Source: Octopus vulgaris (lineage: Eukaryota). Taken from it: a stretch of DNA of 64,000 nucleotides. Shown piece by piece: positions 24,401-38,799 of the stretch (the stretch's first letter is position 1; every line of letters starts with the position of its first letter). The stretch lies in NCBI GenBank assembly GCA_951406725.2, contig OX597829.1, positions 33,666,001 through 33,730,000 on the forward strand, written 5' to 3'. The position numbers were made by a program, and so were the translations under genes. A model generated the notes under the pieces. The model saw only the letters and a program-made list of their open reading frames with translations. It was not told the origin of the DNA and made no database searches.

Positions 24401-26100
24401 AGCTGAAGTGGAATCATTAAGAACAAAAAAATAGAATCTGCCAGTATTGATGGTATTTCCAGAAATATATATAATTATAACATTTGATCTTATCATCAAC
24501 CCATTAACTACAATTTTTAACCAATGTATCAAAATCAGTAAATTTCCTCAAGAAATGGCCGGCCAATGCAAAAATAATTCCTGTTTTTAAAAAGAAAAAT
24601 GAAAATGTCGTGTTAAAGTACAGACCCAATTCAATCTTATCATACCTCTTGAGAAAATAATTGAGAAAAGACTTATGAAGTATCTTGACGATAACAATAA
24701 ATGGGTTCAAAATTGGTAAGAGAAAAAAAAAAGAGCGTCTTAAATGGAAAACCAATTTGGTTTTAGGAAAGGTTCTAGCACTGAATTAGCATTAGGATGT
24801 TTGATGAACAATTTATACAAATCTACTGAGAAAAATGAGTTTAACCTAGGCACCTTCATGGACATGAGCAAAGCTTTTGATACAGTTAGTCATGATATAT
24901 TGTTACAAAAATTGAAATAAGAGGAAGGAAATTGGATTTATTCAGAGGCTATCTACAAAACAGAAAGCAATGTGTATCTTTTATGGAAGAAATATTGTCT
25001 GTTGGCAACATAAGTATTGGGATACTACAAGGATCAATCCTTGGACCAACACTGGTTCTAATATATGTAAATGATCTTTACAATGAAAAGTGAAAAATGT
25101 TAATGTTTTCAGAAAATACCAGTGTTTATGTGAGAAGAAACTCTTTGGAAGAAATCACTGAAATTATGAATAATGAATTGAATGATATCACATGGCGGTT
25201 TATCATTAATAGATTTTTCTTGAATGCTTGTAAAACTAATTGCATTGTATTCAAACCTGTATGTAAAAAAATGTCCCAAAGATGCTTGATGGATTGATGA
25301 TGAATAATTCTGCTCTTTAGAGGGTAGACTGTGTTGAGCTTTTGGGTATAACAATAAAGGAAGATCTAAACTGGAAAAATCATATAGGGGATATCATTAT
25401 AAGATTGTTCTGTCTCATGGGTATTGTGTTCAAGATTAGACCTTATGTAAATTATAGAGCACTACTTTCTCTTTATAGACCAGTAATATATCTGACGTTG
25501 ATTTATTCAAATGTGGTATGATGCAATAAACACAATTATTTTATAAACAAAATTTTATTTATCAAAAATGTTCTTGAGAACATTGGAAAGAGCACATCGT
25601 TTAGTACATACCAGTCCTCTTTTTAAAAAATACACTATTTCAAATATCTTCCAAGTCAATAGGAAAAGGTTATTATTATTTGCTCATAAATGTCAATTTG
25701 ATATGTATATACCTTTCTTATTGAGGAAGATAACCAAATTTGAAGTGAATGGTAGGAAATTAGAAATCAGAACAAAATATTCATTGATAGGATTAGTCTA
25801 AATAGATCAGAGAACATGTCAGATTTTGCTGTATGTTCTACATACAATGGTTCGCCTGATGATATCAAAGTCACATAAAATATCAATATTTTTAAGTGAA
25901 AGCTAGGACAGCTTATTGATAATGAGATTGAGAATGCGGAGTAAGGTTAAAACTTGTTGATCCCACCTTGACATTGATGATTTTCTTTGACCATGTACCA
26001 TCCTTACATTGGGAATAGTAGTGTATATTCCTCTATTATTAATCTCTTATTGATTAGATTGAACCTTATTCCCTATACTCAGGTATCAATAACATGACAA
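21470..26100 (+). mobile_element. Degenerate CR1/L2-group LINE (ORF1 + APE + RT)
   Basis: Decayed ORF1 knuckle CINYHK..H.SHNSKCP; GGRVGIYI, IVGSIYRTP, FITGEYNINL (APE); GFRKGSSTELAL, FMDMSKAFDTVSHDILLQKL, GILQGSILGP..IYVNDL (RT). Confidence 0.85.
22986..23612 (+). mobile_element. RTE-family 3' UTR insertion inside the CR1/L2-like LINE
   Basis: Repeated GTGCCAGTGGCAC..AAAAGCACC units ending GCATGGAAAGTGGACGTTAAACAATGATG. Confidence 0.8.
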
Positions 26101-26465
26101 TTAGATTATTTATTTATGTTCACAAAATATCTTATGACATGAGTTGTCACAAAATATCTTATGACATGAGTTGTACTCATGGTTGTCTCTGGCCAATAGG
26201 CTGTGCACCAGTAGACATTTCTTCTGAGGTACATTATAGCCTCAAAGCCTAACTAGAAAACTATAGTGTAGTGTCTAGAGGGCAGCTGATTTCCACAACA
26301 GAACCCATCTTTTACTTATGGTCCCACATATCTGGCCAGTTGTATTTTAACTTATTGACGGTTTTAATTTCTAAGTTCTGTCAATATTCTTTTAACCCAT
26401 CAATTTCAATATTGTCAATGTATGTATGAATGGATGTGTGTATGTATATATGTATGTGTGTGTGC

Positions 26466-26498
<33 letters not shown>

Positions 26499-26515
26499 TG
26501 TATGTATTATTAGCA

Positions 26516-27965
26516 GTATCATCATTTAACATCTATTTTCCATTCCGACATAGGCCAGACATTTTGACAGGGTCCCGCAAACTGCAGTGCTGCACTGAGT
26601 TCCATTGCCATCTTTGGCATGGTTTCTACAGATGGAGGCCCTTCCTAATACCAGTCACTTTACAATGTTTACTGGCTAGTTTTTAGTGCCTCTAAAAAGT
26701 TTTTAGTCACATTGCTGAGTAACTTACAAGAAAAAAAAAAGAAATGGAAAAGGAAAATTTGAAAGGTGGGGATGGCTTTATGCCAGGTGTTGAAGGGCTG
26801 CGTGTCTTACTATAAAGGAGATACATGGCTACCCCACATTATATATAAGTGTGAGTGAATGTCGTTGAAAAAAGAGATAAAGATGGTTGTGTGCCAGAGC
26901 AAACTCTCAAAGTACAAGAAAGTGAGCATAAGAAAGGATAGACTGTATGGACAGTGGGTCACAGTAGGGGAGGAGAGAGTGTATACTTTCAAAAGAGTGT
27001 GAGGGGAGGATAACAGATGGCTAAAATGGTTAAAGATGGTGGTAGTAAGTGAATGAAGTAAGGATGGGGAGATGTAAGGTGGGGAAGATAGAAGTGGCTC
27101 AGGAAAGATAGATTGATGTGCAAGGTATAGGAGTATAGAGGAGAGCGTAGAGGGTTATAGTGAGTAGAGCATAAGAACAGATATGTGAAGGTGCTCTGAA
27201 AGGTAGCAGATATGTGATGTGTGAAAATGAAAGATGACTGAGGTGAGTGATAGATAACTGGAGGCAGAGAAAGGAGGTGGTCCAAGGAAATAGTATGGGC
27301 AGGGCTGATAATGAAAAATGTAAGTGGTTCCAGTGGGGAGTGGTGGGGAAGTAACTGGAAGGGAGGGGATCTAATATGCCCTGGTTCTGCTCTCAAGAGA
27401 TTACAGTAGCTGAGTAGCATTATAGAGAGAGAAGTGATAGATTTTAGGGGATAAAAATTAGGAGAAATGCTGAACATGTTAGAGAGGAACAGGGACAGGG
27501 CCCTGTGTATTAACACATAACCAAGGTGGTTTTAGGATATTAATTTTGCTGTTATGGATAGGTTTCCACAACAAAATTCCAATCATTTCAGTCCTTTGTC
27601 ATTTCCTCCATAAGACTCAAATAGCTTGAAATCAGACTTTAATACTTTATACCATGTCTTCCACAAGTTCCTTCCACTTTAAGTGATCAACACTTCTTTA
27701 AGCAGCTGTCCTCATCTAAATGCATCATATGACCAAACCAACACAGCCTTCTCTGCTGATGAGTCTTCTTCAATGCTGTTTGTACCAAGCATCAGATAAT
27801 CTGTCTTTCATTAGAATTTTTGTGCCAACAGAGGAAATAAGCTCTCTGAACTTCCTCCATCCTATTCTTATTCTAGCAACTACACTTCCAGAACATTCTT
27901 CTTCACTGCTAATTAGGTCACCTAGACAACAGAAACTCATTACTACCTATAGGGATCCTCCAGGG
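26516..27965 (-). mobile_element. Old RTE-family remnant (tail, pyrimidine-rich 3' UTR, RT C-terminal fragment)
   Basis: Tail motif at 26516; GA-rich + strand; decayed RTE C-terminus near 27600-27950 (FCCLGDLISSE, WFGHMMH). Same layout as 61480-63190. Confidence 0.55.
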
Positions 27966-29149
27966 TATTTAGGAAAATTAATTTCCCATGTATCGGAAGT
28001 CTATCACACACACACACACACACACATTTATGCTCTTTTTTCCCTCACTTCACTTTTTTGTATCTTGAAGATCCACCTTCATAGCACATCATTACTGCTA
28101 TTTTATGTTGCTTTCTAGTGCCTCTTCTGGCATTCCCACCCTTTTTTCTGTAATGTGTGTAGTCATGTAACTCCTCTACTCCAAGAAACCTGCCTGTTCT
28201 GGCTCCTTCTCTCATACTTTAACCTCTCATCTCCTTGCATGAAGCCACCTTTCTCTTTTCTATAGCCTCACTTAGTCTTGTGAACTGCATGGCAACTCCA
28301 CCCAATACACTCTATAAAGTAGTTGGCATTAGGAAAGGTATTCATCCATAAAAACAATGCCAAAACAGACACTGAAACATGATGTAGTCCTTGGAGCTGC
28401 TGGATTCTGTCAAACTATCCAACATGTCCCAGCATGGAACATGAACATTAAAAGATGATCATCATCATCTTCATGATATGTATGTCTTGACTAAGTGAAA
28501 TTATTTATGCTTCCAGGGAAGATAGAACAATCGTTAGGTGGCAATTGGAACCAACACAAAATCAGAAAAGGAAAAATATCGAAAGTTCTTCAAAAGTGAT
28601 ATGCTGTTAAGAAAAAGACACTCTGATTGTTTGGAGACAAGAGGACAGCTGTAGACATGTTTTTGCCTCTGTAGGCATTATCAGCTCAGTAGATGCTTGA
28701 TCTTATCTTTAGCAGAATAAAACACTTTGACATATACATAAAAGAGTAGAAGGTAATTATAGCCTAAACATTATGGATAAATGGAACAAAAATATAAACA
28801 CCATTCAAGATAGATTTACTAAAATTATCTCCACTTCCAGAGATGATAGAAAATTCACTTGATAGCAATTTGGCTTAATAAAGTCCGTTAAAGCAGAAAC
28901 AGATACAAAGAGCTGTTCTCTTGTCTCCATACAAACAAAATTTCTTTATCTTCTCATCTCATTTGAAGCTGGTTGCAGTTCCCATCAAGCAATGGCCTCT
29001 ACCTTCTTTGGAAGACAATACATCTTCTAAGGTATTTAATATATCCATATTCATCTTTGTTGTTAAAGTACATCAAATGCATACCACTGACAGTTATTTC
29101 TCTCAACTCATTTTTGTTTCTTAATGTTTGTGTGTGTGTACACACAAAA

Positions 29150-30100
29150 GAATAGAAATACATTGATAAATGGAAGTTTTATTATTTAATATGGAATTCG
29201 TCCACCTTTGGCTTCAGTTATAACTTTAAACGTTGAGGAATTGATTCATACAGGCTCTGAACATATGTTAAAGGAATTTTGAACCATTCTTCAGGTCTTC
29301 TTTAGGTCTTCCAGCAAAGATGGAAGAGGGAAGCAACTCCTCACTTGTTGCTCCAAAATGCACTATAAATGTTTGATTGTATTGAGATCTGGGCCAAGAG
29401 AATTCATGGGTGCCTAAATCATCCCAGAGCCACTTCTATGCTTCATGGTAATAGCCAAACAATCAGGGCTGATAGCTTCTGCAGAATGTTTCTAGGCATA
29501 AATTCATTCTGGAGGGGGAAAATGAGTAAATGATGATCTATCAGAAAAATTACATTGCTCCATTGAGCCATTGATGGTCTAAACATCATTTTTTTCCCAT
29601 TATAAGTGTCAATATAATGCAGGAGAGGCTTAGCAATTGCACACCCCCACACCTGCCTCCAAAGCATCCAGCTCTCAACAAACAGTTTTAGATGACATGG
29701 GATGTTTGCTGTCATATTTCAATGGTTTTTAGACACAATGCATTTCCCTATTATGCAGTTCCTGTTTGAGCTTTACCTTCTGTTCTGATCTATATATGCC
29801 CAACATAATTTTATAGACTGTACATCTCAAAATTAACAATTCAGTAGTTTTAATGCCTGAAATTCCAGCCTTCCATACTCCAACAATTTGTCCTCTCTGA
29901 AAATCAGATAGGTTATGTATTTTAACTTATTTAAATGTAAATATCTGTGAAAAAAGCAGAAGATTATATTACAAAGTACAAGGTATACATAATGCATATG
30001 AACACATAACCAGACTTGAAAAGTTTTCAATTTCTTATATTGTTAATATAAAAAATAGTTAAATAAAAAGTGTATTTCCATTATTGTGTCCAACTCCTAT
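29150..30100 (-). mobile_element. Tc1/mariner transposase remnant
   Basis: Minus strand AIAKPLL..WSNVIF, PDLNTIKHL, EEWFKIP..LYESIPQR..AKGGRIPY*; TIR-like TATAGGAGTTGGACACAATAATGGAAATAC near 30100. Confidence 0.75.
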
Positions 30101-30359
30101 ACATTTACTTATATATACATATTCATATATGGATGTATATGTGTGCATGTATATTCACCTCTGACAATAGAGAGCAGTTGCCATATTGACTAACTCTGAT
30201 GAGAGAGAGGACAGAAGGAGAGAGAGATGTAAAGAGAGAGAGAGAGAAAGAAAGAAAGAGAAGCAGGAAGAGAGGGCGATGCACGATGGAAGGCAAGAGG
30301 CATAAAGAGAGATAGGGAAAGAGAAAGAAAGAAAGAAAAACGAAAGAGAGATAAAGAGA

Positions 30360-30973
30360 GAAATCACCACTGAGATGCTTAAACTATTGGGCAGTGTGGG
30401 TTATGGTCTTGTTACCGGCAACATAAATCAGGTAGTTCATGAAAGAGTCATACCCAATGACTGGAGTAGAAGCACCATAGTTAACTGCTACAAGGGTAAA
30501 GGTAATGCTTTAAGGTATCAAATCATTGGATCAGATGATGAAAGTTACAGAGAGGATCATAGCCCAACTAATTATGGAGAGAGTTAGCCTAGATGAGATG
30601 CAGTTTAGTTTTGTGCCAGGCAGAAGCACCACTGATGCTAAATTCCTGGTAAGGGAACTGCAGGAGAAATATCTAGCCAAAGATTATCCTCTGTACTTGG
30701 CTTTTGTTGACTTGGAGAAAGCCTTTGCCAGGGTCCCCTGATCCCTTATCTGGTGGTCAATCTGGAAACTGGAGATAGACAAGTGGTTGGTAACAACTAT
30801 ACCAGTCCTGTACAGGGATGCTGTCAGTAAGGTGAGGGTTGGCAACGAGTATAGTGAAGAATTCTGGGTAGAAGTGTGGGTTCACCAAGGATCAAGTCCT
30901 CAACCCCCTCCCTCTTATTCATCATAGTCATCCAGGCAAAAACAGATGAATTCTTCAAGACAGACTGCCCCTG
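30360..30973 (+). mobile_element. RTE RT N-terminal fragment
   Basis: IPNDWSRSTIVNCYKGKG, QFSFVPGRSTTDA, AFVDLEKAFARVP, VHQGS. Confidence 0.85.
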
Positions 30974-31079
30974 AAAGCGTCTGTTCCCTTTTTGATAGTA
31001 GGACATTGTCTTCCTTTTCTATTTAGTGTCACTCTTGTAGGGAGAGAGTAGCTACTGAAGCCTCATCAGCTGAGTCACT

Positions 31080-31600
31080 CTACTACCACTGGCATTTGGA
31101 ATTTACAGCGTACAGTACAGAATCAGCAATTATTTTCTTCAGATTTTCAAGAGCCACAATTGCTTCAGAAGATAAAGATGAGAAAGATAAATTAAGCAGT
31201 GGTTGTATTATATCAACAACCCTTGGAGTCCATCCCACATAATAAGCAAATAATCCAATAATTTGGAACAAGCTTTTAGATTCTGAAGAAGCTTTTAAGT
31301 TTCATTAATAGTTCTATTTGTTAGGGAACAGCAGAAAGTGATTCTTTGATAATCTGATGTCCTAAGAATACAATATTAGATTTTCTTTATATTTATAGTA
31401 AACCCATAATTCTTGATACATATTAGGAATCGTTATTGATTTTTGTCATGTTCTGTAATGTTTTTTTTTCTACATATAACAAAATCAACAAGATACAGTA
31501 GACATCACTTCATTTGTTAAATTCAAAGTCAATCTAATGGATTGCAATATCCTAACATTGACCTTAAAAGACAGTGAAGAGTTTTTAGTCTGTTAACCCT
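31080..31600 (-). mobile_element. Gypsy pol (RT/connection) fragment
   Basis: YLVDFV (decayed YLDD), IIGLFAYYVGWTPR..IQPL..LSSEAIVALENLKKII. Confidence 0.6.
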
Positions 31601-31629
31601 GCTGTTACTGTATTTATTTCGAGATCTTT

Positions 31630-34600
31630 GCAAGGTCATGGGGATGGCCTCTCTCACTCCTTCATTATCAAAGGAGCAAACAATCCAACAGACATCCAAG
31701 ATGTGATGCAACATTCTATCGATGGATATGTTATTCAGAGCGTTAACTGCAGTCACTCTTCCTTTCTCCCACAGCATTGTGCACCATGCATTAGGGGGTT
31801 TAACCCACACTTTGTCTCCGATCTGAACAAATGACTGCTGCAGTGCCTCTCTGGAGTGTCTCCATTCATACTAGAATACGGTTCTTTGCAGGATTGATTC
31901 TTCATCTTGTCATACCCTGGGTGACATATTGTACCAAAAAACTACCTCAGTGGGGAGATTCACTCCCTCTCAGCTATAACTTTGATTGTGTGAGTGTGTC
32001 ATTCCACAACCTCCTTCCCACTGGGTCTGTATGCAGCTCTGAAGAAACATGATGCTCCACCTTTTGAGCATATCCTTCAGCTGCTCAAAATGAAATACTG
32101 TGCTTTTGTCCATCAACAGTTCATCTATTGATCCCCTTGCCAGGAATACTGTATTCCCCATCTCTGCAATCTTGGCTGCAGTCTCTGTCCTGATTTCTCT
32201 CCATATTGCTATTTACCCTGGCTCACAGTCAACCATTGAAAAGTACAACCTTCCCTGATAGTGCATCATGTTTATCGCTAGCTTCTTCCAGTGTCTTCCT
32301 CCACTCAAATCTTTCCTGTTTCATGTACACTCAGCACAGGATCCATGGCTTGACACCTGTCACAACTATCAACTTTCAACACTCTCCCTGGTGACACCAG
32401 GGTCAGCCAGCTAAGTCAAAAACAGATTCCTGTTGATGTCTATGTGGTGCATGTTGTACAACCTCCTCACTTCTGGACACATGATGCAGCCACTCCACTC
32501 CATAAATCCTCTTCCACCTCCAACCAGTACTTTTTAACCCTGGTTAGAGCATTAGCCTTATTTTTTTTATCAAAGGTACCAAAACTACTGGCAGCTTCAG
32601 GCAAAACTCAGCAGCTAGCTCCCTCAGGATTCCCAGGTGATGCTTAATAATCATTTCCACAGCTCCTTTCATGTCGATCCTCTTCTGGTTGATAATTACT
32701 ATGCTACCCACCTCTATATGGTGATAGAATGTCTGAATCTTGATAGCATGCAGTCCTTATCCCAGCACTAGGTTCACACCATTTAACTTAGCATCCAGTT
32801 CAGCTACACTGATTGTAGTCATCTTTCCTCTTGAGCCACACTATGTCTTCCACCTCAACAACTCCCATTTCCTGAATGACTCCTATTGCTATGTTACTTG
32901 CATCACACCATACAGTCCCTTTTACTGTTTCAGGCACATACCAATTGTCCTTCACTGGATCCTCTGTTTTCACTCACTCCAAGACATCTCACAAAATTAT
33001 AACCATCTTCTCTCCCACTTTATCATCCCAGTTCATTCTTTAGATGGCCTTGTGATGTAGTTACATGCAGTTTGGAGCCACCCTGCAACAGAACAGTGTC
33101 CCACTAGATTCTCACACATTAAGAATAGCTGTAGCCTATTCATACCTTTGTACCTGGGACCTCATTACTTCTCTGAAACAAGCCTACCTGATTTATCTCG
33201 TTTGAACCTGAGCCCCCAGTACCATGCCTCCTTCTATAACCTTCAGTGATTCTGCTGTCAACCTGAACCTTCTCAGATGACCCACAATTTCCTTTGCTGA
33301 TGCTGCTCTATAACCTATCTGGATGTCATCAATATAAGAACTTTGGCCTTTCACCCCAAAATCACCGTGAGAATCTTTGCTGTGATTTTTCGTGTTGAAT
33401 TCAGACCAAAAACCAGCTGAGGCAGACAGTACATTGTGCCCTTGTACCTCACTAGTTGGTACTTGCACAACTTCTCAAATATGTGGAGCTGCAGATGTGC
33501 TAATCTGAGGTCAACAATCATAGTTGCTCCTGTCATTTGCTTCCATTCCCCCAAGTTTTCTACTCATACATCTGCGGCCCCACTGATATTTAGCAGGATA
33601 CATGCTTGTTCAGCTCACAAAAGTCAAACTTTGTTCTTTGGACTACAGCCATCATCATCAGCACACCACTTGTTGCCTCTTCTTCCCATCATATCAAAAT
33701 ACCCTCCTCTATCCATCTGTCCACTTCTCTCTCAAACCTGTTCCTAGCCTCTCCTCTCAGAGTGTGCTTGTAGCAATTCACTCTGTCTCTCAGTTTTGTG
33801 GGGAGGCTCTTCTTTCCAAAAATACTCCGCTGTCCATCTTTTTGCCATCAGACTCAGCCTAGAAGTTCCCGCCACTACATCAGTCCCATCCACTACCTCA
33901 CTGACTACAATCACTTCATCAATGTCCCTTGTACTTCTTGCTCTACTTCACTGATAACCTTGCACCAAACATATGTACCATCCACTGCACTGAGGCTAGT
34001 TTTTCTTCCCCATCTCCCTACCATTTTTACATCACCAGGGTTGTTGTGCAACCCATATCAACAAGAGCTCATGCTCCCCTTACCTCCACTGGGACCCTTT
34101 TTACGGGCAACAAATGTAGGTGCACCTCTAATCAATTGCAGGGGGAACTACTGGCCTTGTAGTTCCCCTCTCTTTGATTCCCTGTTTGCAATAGCTTGCA
34201 GTGCCTGGGCTGGGCACATCAGTAACACACCATTTCAGATTCTGGTTTTGTACAGTCTGTGACCACGTGCAGGACCCCAGCACCTAAAGCATGGTCCCTT
34301 ATACATCTGTCATGTTATACTCCTGTTTTTGCTATTTACCACCTGCCTCTTCATCCTTCTCATATCCACTATCACCATTGCCACAACATAGCATGTTGTT
34401 GTTCTGTGTTAACCCTCACATCTTATCCACTAAGTCACCCACCAACATTGTGTTTATGTCTGGCAGCTGCTGTAACCTCACTGAAATGTGATTGGGGAAT
34501 CCAGTCACAAAAGCCAGCTTCAAATCTACTCCATCACTTCATCTGTAAACCCAGTTAACCCAGTTAATCTCCTGATCTCACTCACATAGTTGTTAACTTG

Positions 34601-34885
34601 ATCACCAGTCCATCTCACTCTCCCAAGATTGTTGTAGGCTTTGAACACTTCTTTCATGTACACATCCTTCAGTTGCTTCAACCTCCACTTTCAGCTGATC
34701 TGCTCCATCGATTTCTAGATACAGATTCAGCACACATCCCTCTAAGTAAAGTAGCATAAGATTATCCACTTCTTGAATGCTCTGCAACTTTTCCACAAGC
34801 TTCATCTTATTTATCCAGGCCACCACATCACCTTCACCACAAAACAGTCTCATTACTAATCCTAACTTTCATAGCCATCATGGGT
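31630..34885 (-). mobile_element. Degenerate Gypsy-type LTR retrotransposon (gag-pol)
   Basis: gag-like FCGEGDVVAWINKMKLV..LYLEG; RT YQLVRYKGTMYCL..FGLNS..SSYIDDI; integrase-like RGSIDELLMD..AAYRPSG. Confidence 0.75.
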
Positions 34886-35039
34886 GCTAGCAGTAGAAAG
34901 GCAGGAGATAAAAGGAAATATATCCTCACAACAGATAAACAGTGAGCCGAAATAGTTTGTTGAAAAAAAGGCAAAAATAGGGACACTCTTACTTCAAAAT
35001 GAAATCAGAACAGAGTATCCAGCTCACTTCACAAGGATC

Positions 35040-37930
35040 AGTGGAACACTTTTCTGGTTGTAGACCGTCATTTCTGGCAATCAGTCCAGTTTTCTTTATT
35101 GCTGCTTCTGATGACCCATACTAATCGCTTTTACATTCCTTTCCAGAATTAACCAATTTGAACTTGGTAGTGAGAGCTCCTGCTCACTCTATCAAACATT
35201 TCATAGAAACTAAGGGTACTCCTGCCTTTTCTTGCCCTTGTCGTCTCCCTTAGGAGAAATTGAAAGCAACCAAGGCAGAGTTCAATCATATGTTGCAATT
35301 TAGGTAATCCACTCTTCTTCCAGTCTATGGGCCTCTCCATTACATTTGGTTCCGAAATGCTCTGGATATTGGCATCCTACTGGGAACATTAGACATTTGA
35401 ATTCGACCACTGTGCTGGATCAATATCCAATCGCTCACATCCAAGATTTTGCTTCTTCTCTCCACAGGTGTACTGTCTCTTCAAAACTGGATTTGGTCAA
35501 GGCTTACCATTAAATACCGGTGAATCCTGCTGATATACCAAAGACTGCTGTGACTACCCCTTTTGGGGTATTTGAATTTTTAGCTATGCCTTTCGAGTTT
35601 TGAAATTCTGCCAGTACCTTCCAACATTTCATGGATGAGGTCGTCATGATTTTGACTTTGTATACTCCTATTGACAACATTCTGGTTGCGAGTGTTTCAC
35701 CTGAAGAACATGTCACTTACCTCCGCCTACTTTTTGATCAATTTAAGTAGTGTCAAGTTGGCATTAACCCCGGCAAAGTATGTTTCTGGTGCATCTTCAC
35801 TTGTTCTTTTGGACCACATTATCAGCACTGATGGAATATCACCACTTCTGGATAAAGTGAAAGTTCTTCAGGATCTTCATCCACCTACTTTTTTGTGACT
35901 GCTTTGACAGTTCCTTGGTCTTCTTAATTATTATCACCATTTTATTCCACATTGTGGAGACCTATGTACTTTGCAGTTAGTTAGACACTTTTGACACTCA
36001 CTTGAAGGTCACCAATTTATGATCTATATCAAACATCATCTGCTTACTTTTGCACTTCATTCTAAGCCTGACAAATACTTACCTCAGGCAGCTTGTCACC
36101 TAGGCTTGTTTCACAGTTTACCAATGGTATTCGTCATATCTCTGGTGCACAGAATGCAGTGGCAGATGCTCTCTCGCTCACCTTCAAGCAAATTCTTTGT
36201 CATCACCTTCAGATATTGACCTCCATCTCCTTTCTGTGGATCAGGCACCCCTAGAGTCAATCAATCTTGCTTTACCTGACTTTGCGACATGTAAATTTAA
36301 GTACTTGCTTGTGCCTACTTCTGATGCACAAATATTATGTGATATCTTGACAGATACACCTTGCCCTCTTGTTTCAGAGACTCAGTGTCAGACTGTTTTC
36401 CACACTCTGCATAGTCACTTACATCCTGGACCTTCAGCCACAGTGAAACTCATTTCAACTAGATTCTTCTGGTCGAATATGAGACGAGATATCACTGCTT
36501 GGTCACATTCTTGCCTTTTCTGTCAGAAATAGATGTATAAGTACATCTGTGCACCACTCTGGACGCTTGTTTGAACCACATCCATATCGATCAGCTTGGA
36601 TCATGGCTAGTCAGTGAAGACTTTACATATCTCCTCACATGCATTGACCACTTTACATGTTGGCCTGAAACTGTACCTTTACGTGATATTTCAGCAGAAT
36701 CAGCAGTGCAAGCCCTGGTATTGGGTTGAATATTGTGCTACAGTGTTCCTACCACGATAACCACTGACTGTGGTAGGCAGTTTGAATCCCAGCTCTTCCA
36801 TGAGCTTTTGAAAATTCTAGGCGTGTAGTGAATTCAGACTACTAGTTACCATCCAGCTTCAAATTGTATGTTGGAACATTTCCACCACCAATTGAAGACT
36901 TCACTGTGTGCTTATCCTAACCAACATCGATGGAGTGAGAACTTATCCATTGTTCTTCTGAGCTGCCATTCAGCAGTCAAGGAGGATCTTGGATACTCTC
37001 CTGCAAAGCTACTTTAAGGAGAACTGTTATCTTTACTGGATCAGATGCTGGCCTCAGTGGACTTATCCACCAAAGATTCTGCTCTCTATGTCAACAAACT
37101 TTGTTCATATTTCACCAATCTTCTACCAATGACCTCTCAGCAACAGACTGTTACATCTTTGGTCTTGAAGGACCCACGTATTTCTTCGCAATGATTCTGT
37201 GAGAAGTCTTCTCACACCACCATGCACAGGGCCTTACTGTGTCCTTTCCAGCACTGACAAACTTTTCACCATATACATTAATGGGAGAAAAGAAACTGTA
37301 TCAATTGATAGAGTAAAATTGGCTTTTACAGACACTCTTACAGCAGAGCCACATACTCCACTCACATACACTGTTCACCATGAAGCACATGCTACACCTT
37401 TGCATTCACTACCTTCACAATTGCACACACCTTTCCCACCTCCATCCCTATACATCACTACAACTTGTAGTGGTCGTTGTGTACATTGTCCCACCAAGCT
37501 GTGCAAGAATATTTATATCTGAACTGGTTGATGTAGTGCATTGGATCACCTTTCGTGCATGTTTTCAGTTTACCTTACTGCATTACTTTGCTTCTTTTTC
37601 ATCATTTTGCTTTTTTCATTTTGCATTTATGTGTTACCTTTTGAAATATTATATTTTTTCCTTTATTTTGATTGCCTTTTCGGTCTAAGCAGGGGGTCAT
37701 TTGTAGGAGAACTATTCCATTTTGGTGGAACAGTATCCATGTATGCATGATTCGGTTAGTGCAGCTAACTGTCATTCAACCCACACATAAATACACACCA
37801 TCATCTTGTCACCAGAATCGTGTGAAAGCTTAAACAGTTCTGGCCAGGCTTTCGAGGCAATAAGACTTATCTACTATGTCCCTCACTGAACTCACAACCA
37901 CTTGTAACTTTTCTAAGGAATGTACATTCT
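35040..37930 (+). mobile_element. Degenerate Gypsy LTR retrotransposon pol + PPT + probable 3' LTR
   Basis: WASPLHLVPK, SKLDLVKAYH, KTAVTTPFGVFEF..MPF; HHCC HSHLHPG..CLFCQK; TTDCGRQFES, TTSYHPASN, GPY motif; purine tract AAGCAGGGGG then TGTAGG at 37702. Confidence 0.88.
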
Positions 37931-38170
37931 AAAACCTATTAGATTATGTAGCTGCTCAAGCATTTGCCATGTTTCTGATTCTTACCCTTGTGAAATACTG
38001 TAAGTGCATATTTTGTAATATGCCACACAAATACCATTTGAAAATTATCACATTTTGTAAAGAACTCTGGACATTTCTTCTGTTAACCTTGGATACCATT
38101 AAGCCATATTTCTTTATGTTATATCCAGCATTCTGAAAAGTTTCAATTTACTTCCTTCATTTTATAATAA

Positions 38171-38792
38171 ATTATTGCCTCCACCCTAGTGAAGGTTGTT
38201 TGTTCCTTCTCAAGCCACGCCTGGCTCATAGCACCAGTTTCCCGGTTTCTTGGTGTATAGGTTCCCCACTAGGACAGGACGTCGGTCCGTCGCAGGTGAG
38301 CTGCAGGATGCAGGAGGAAAGAGTGAGAGAAAGTTGTGGCGAAAGAGTCAGCAGAAGTTCACCATTGCCTTCTGCTGGAGCCGCATGGAGCTTAGGTGTT
38401 TCGCTCATAAACACACACATCGCCCGGTCTGAGATTCGAACCTGTGATCTCTAGACCGCAAGTCCACTGCTCTAACCACTAGGCCATGTGCCTCCACTTA
38501 GTGAAGGTGGAGGTATTGTTTTCAGTTGTATTTGTTAGTTTTATTTGTGTGTGGACAAGATATTTCAAGAACCGCTGGATGGATTTGAATGAAACTTTCA
38601 GGGATATTTGGCCTCGTAACTGTCACAAACTGGGATCAATCCAGTACTGGACAAGGATTCTGGATTATTTTTCCTGTTTTTTTACTTAATTTTTTAGAGC
38701 AGTCGGTTTTATTTCAGATATTCTCATTTTAAAAATCATCTCTGGCTAATCATTGAGAGGACGTTGTTGTTGCCTTGGTGGAGGTTTGTGCA
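38171..38792 (+). mobile_element. Helentron-associated (HINE/DINE-like) non-autonomous element
   Basis: ATTATTGCCTCCACC..GGTGGAGGTATTGTTTTC hairpin, GGATGGATTTGAATGAAACTT core, GCCTTGGTGGAGGTTTGTGC end. Split by a SINE. Confidence 0.6.
38197..38498 (-). mobile_element. tRNA-derived SINE, family C, with TSD
   Basis: Head GTGGAGGCACATGGCCTAGTGG..GGTTCGAATCT; TSD TAGTGAAGGT at 38187-38196 and 38499-38508. Confidence 0.9.
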
Positions 38793-38799
38793 TAAGAAA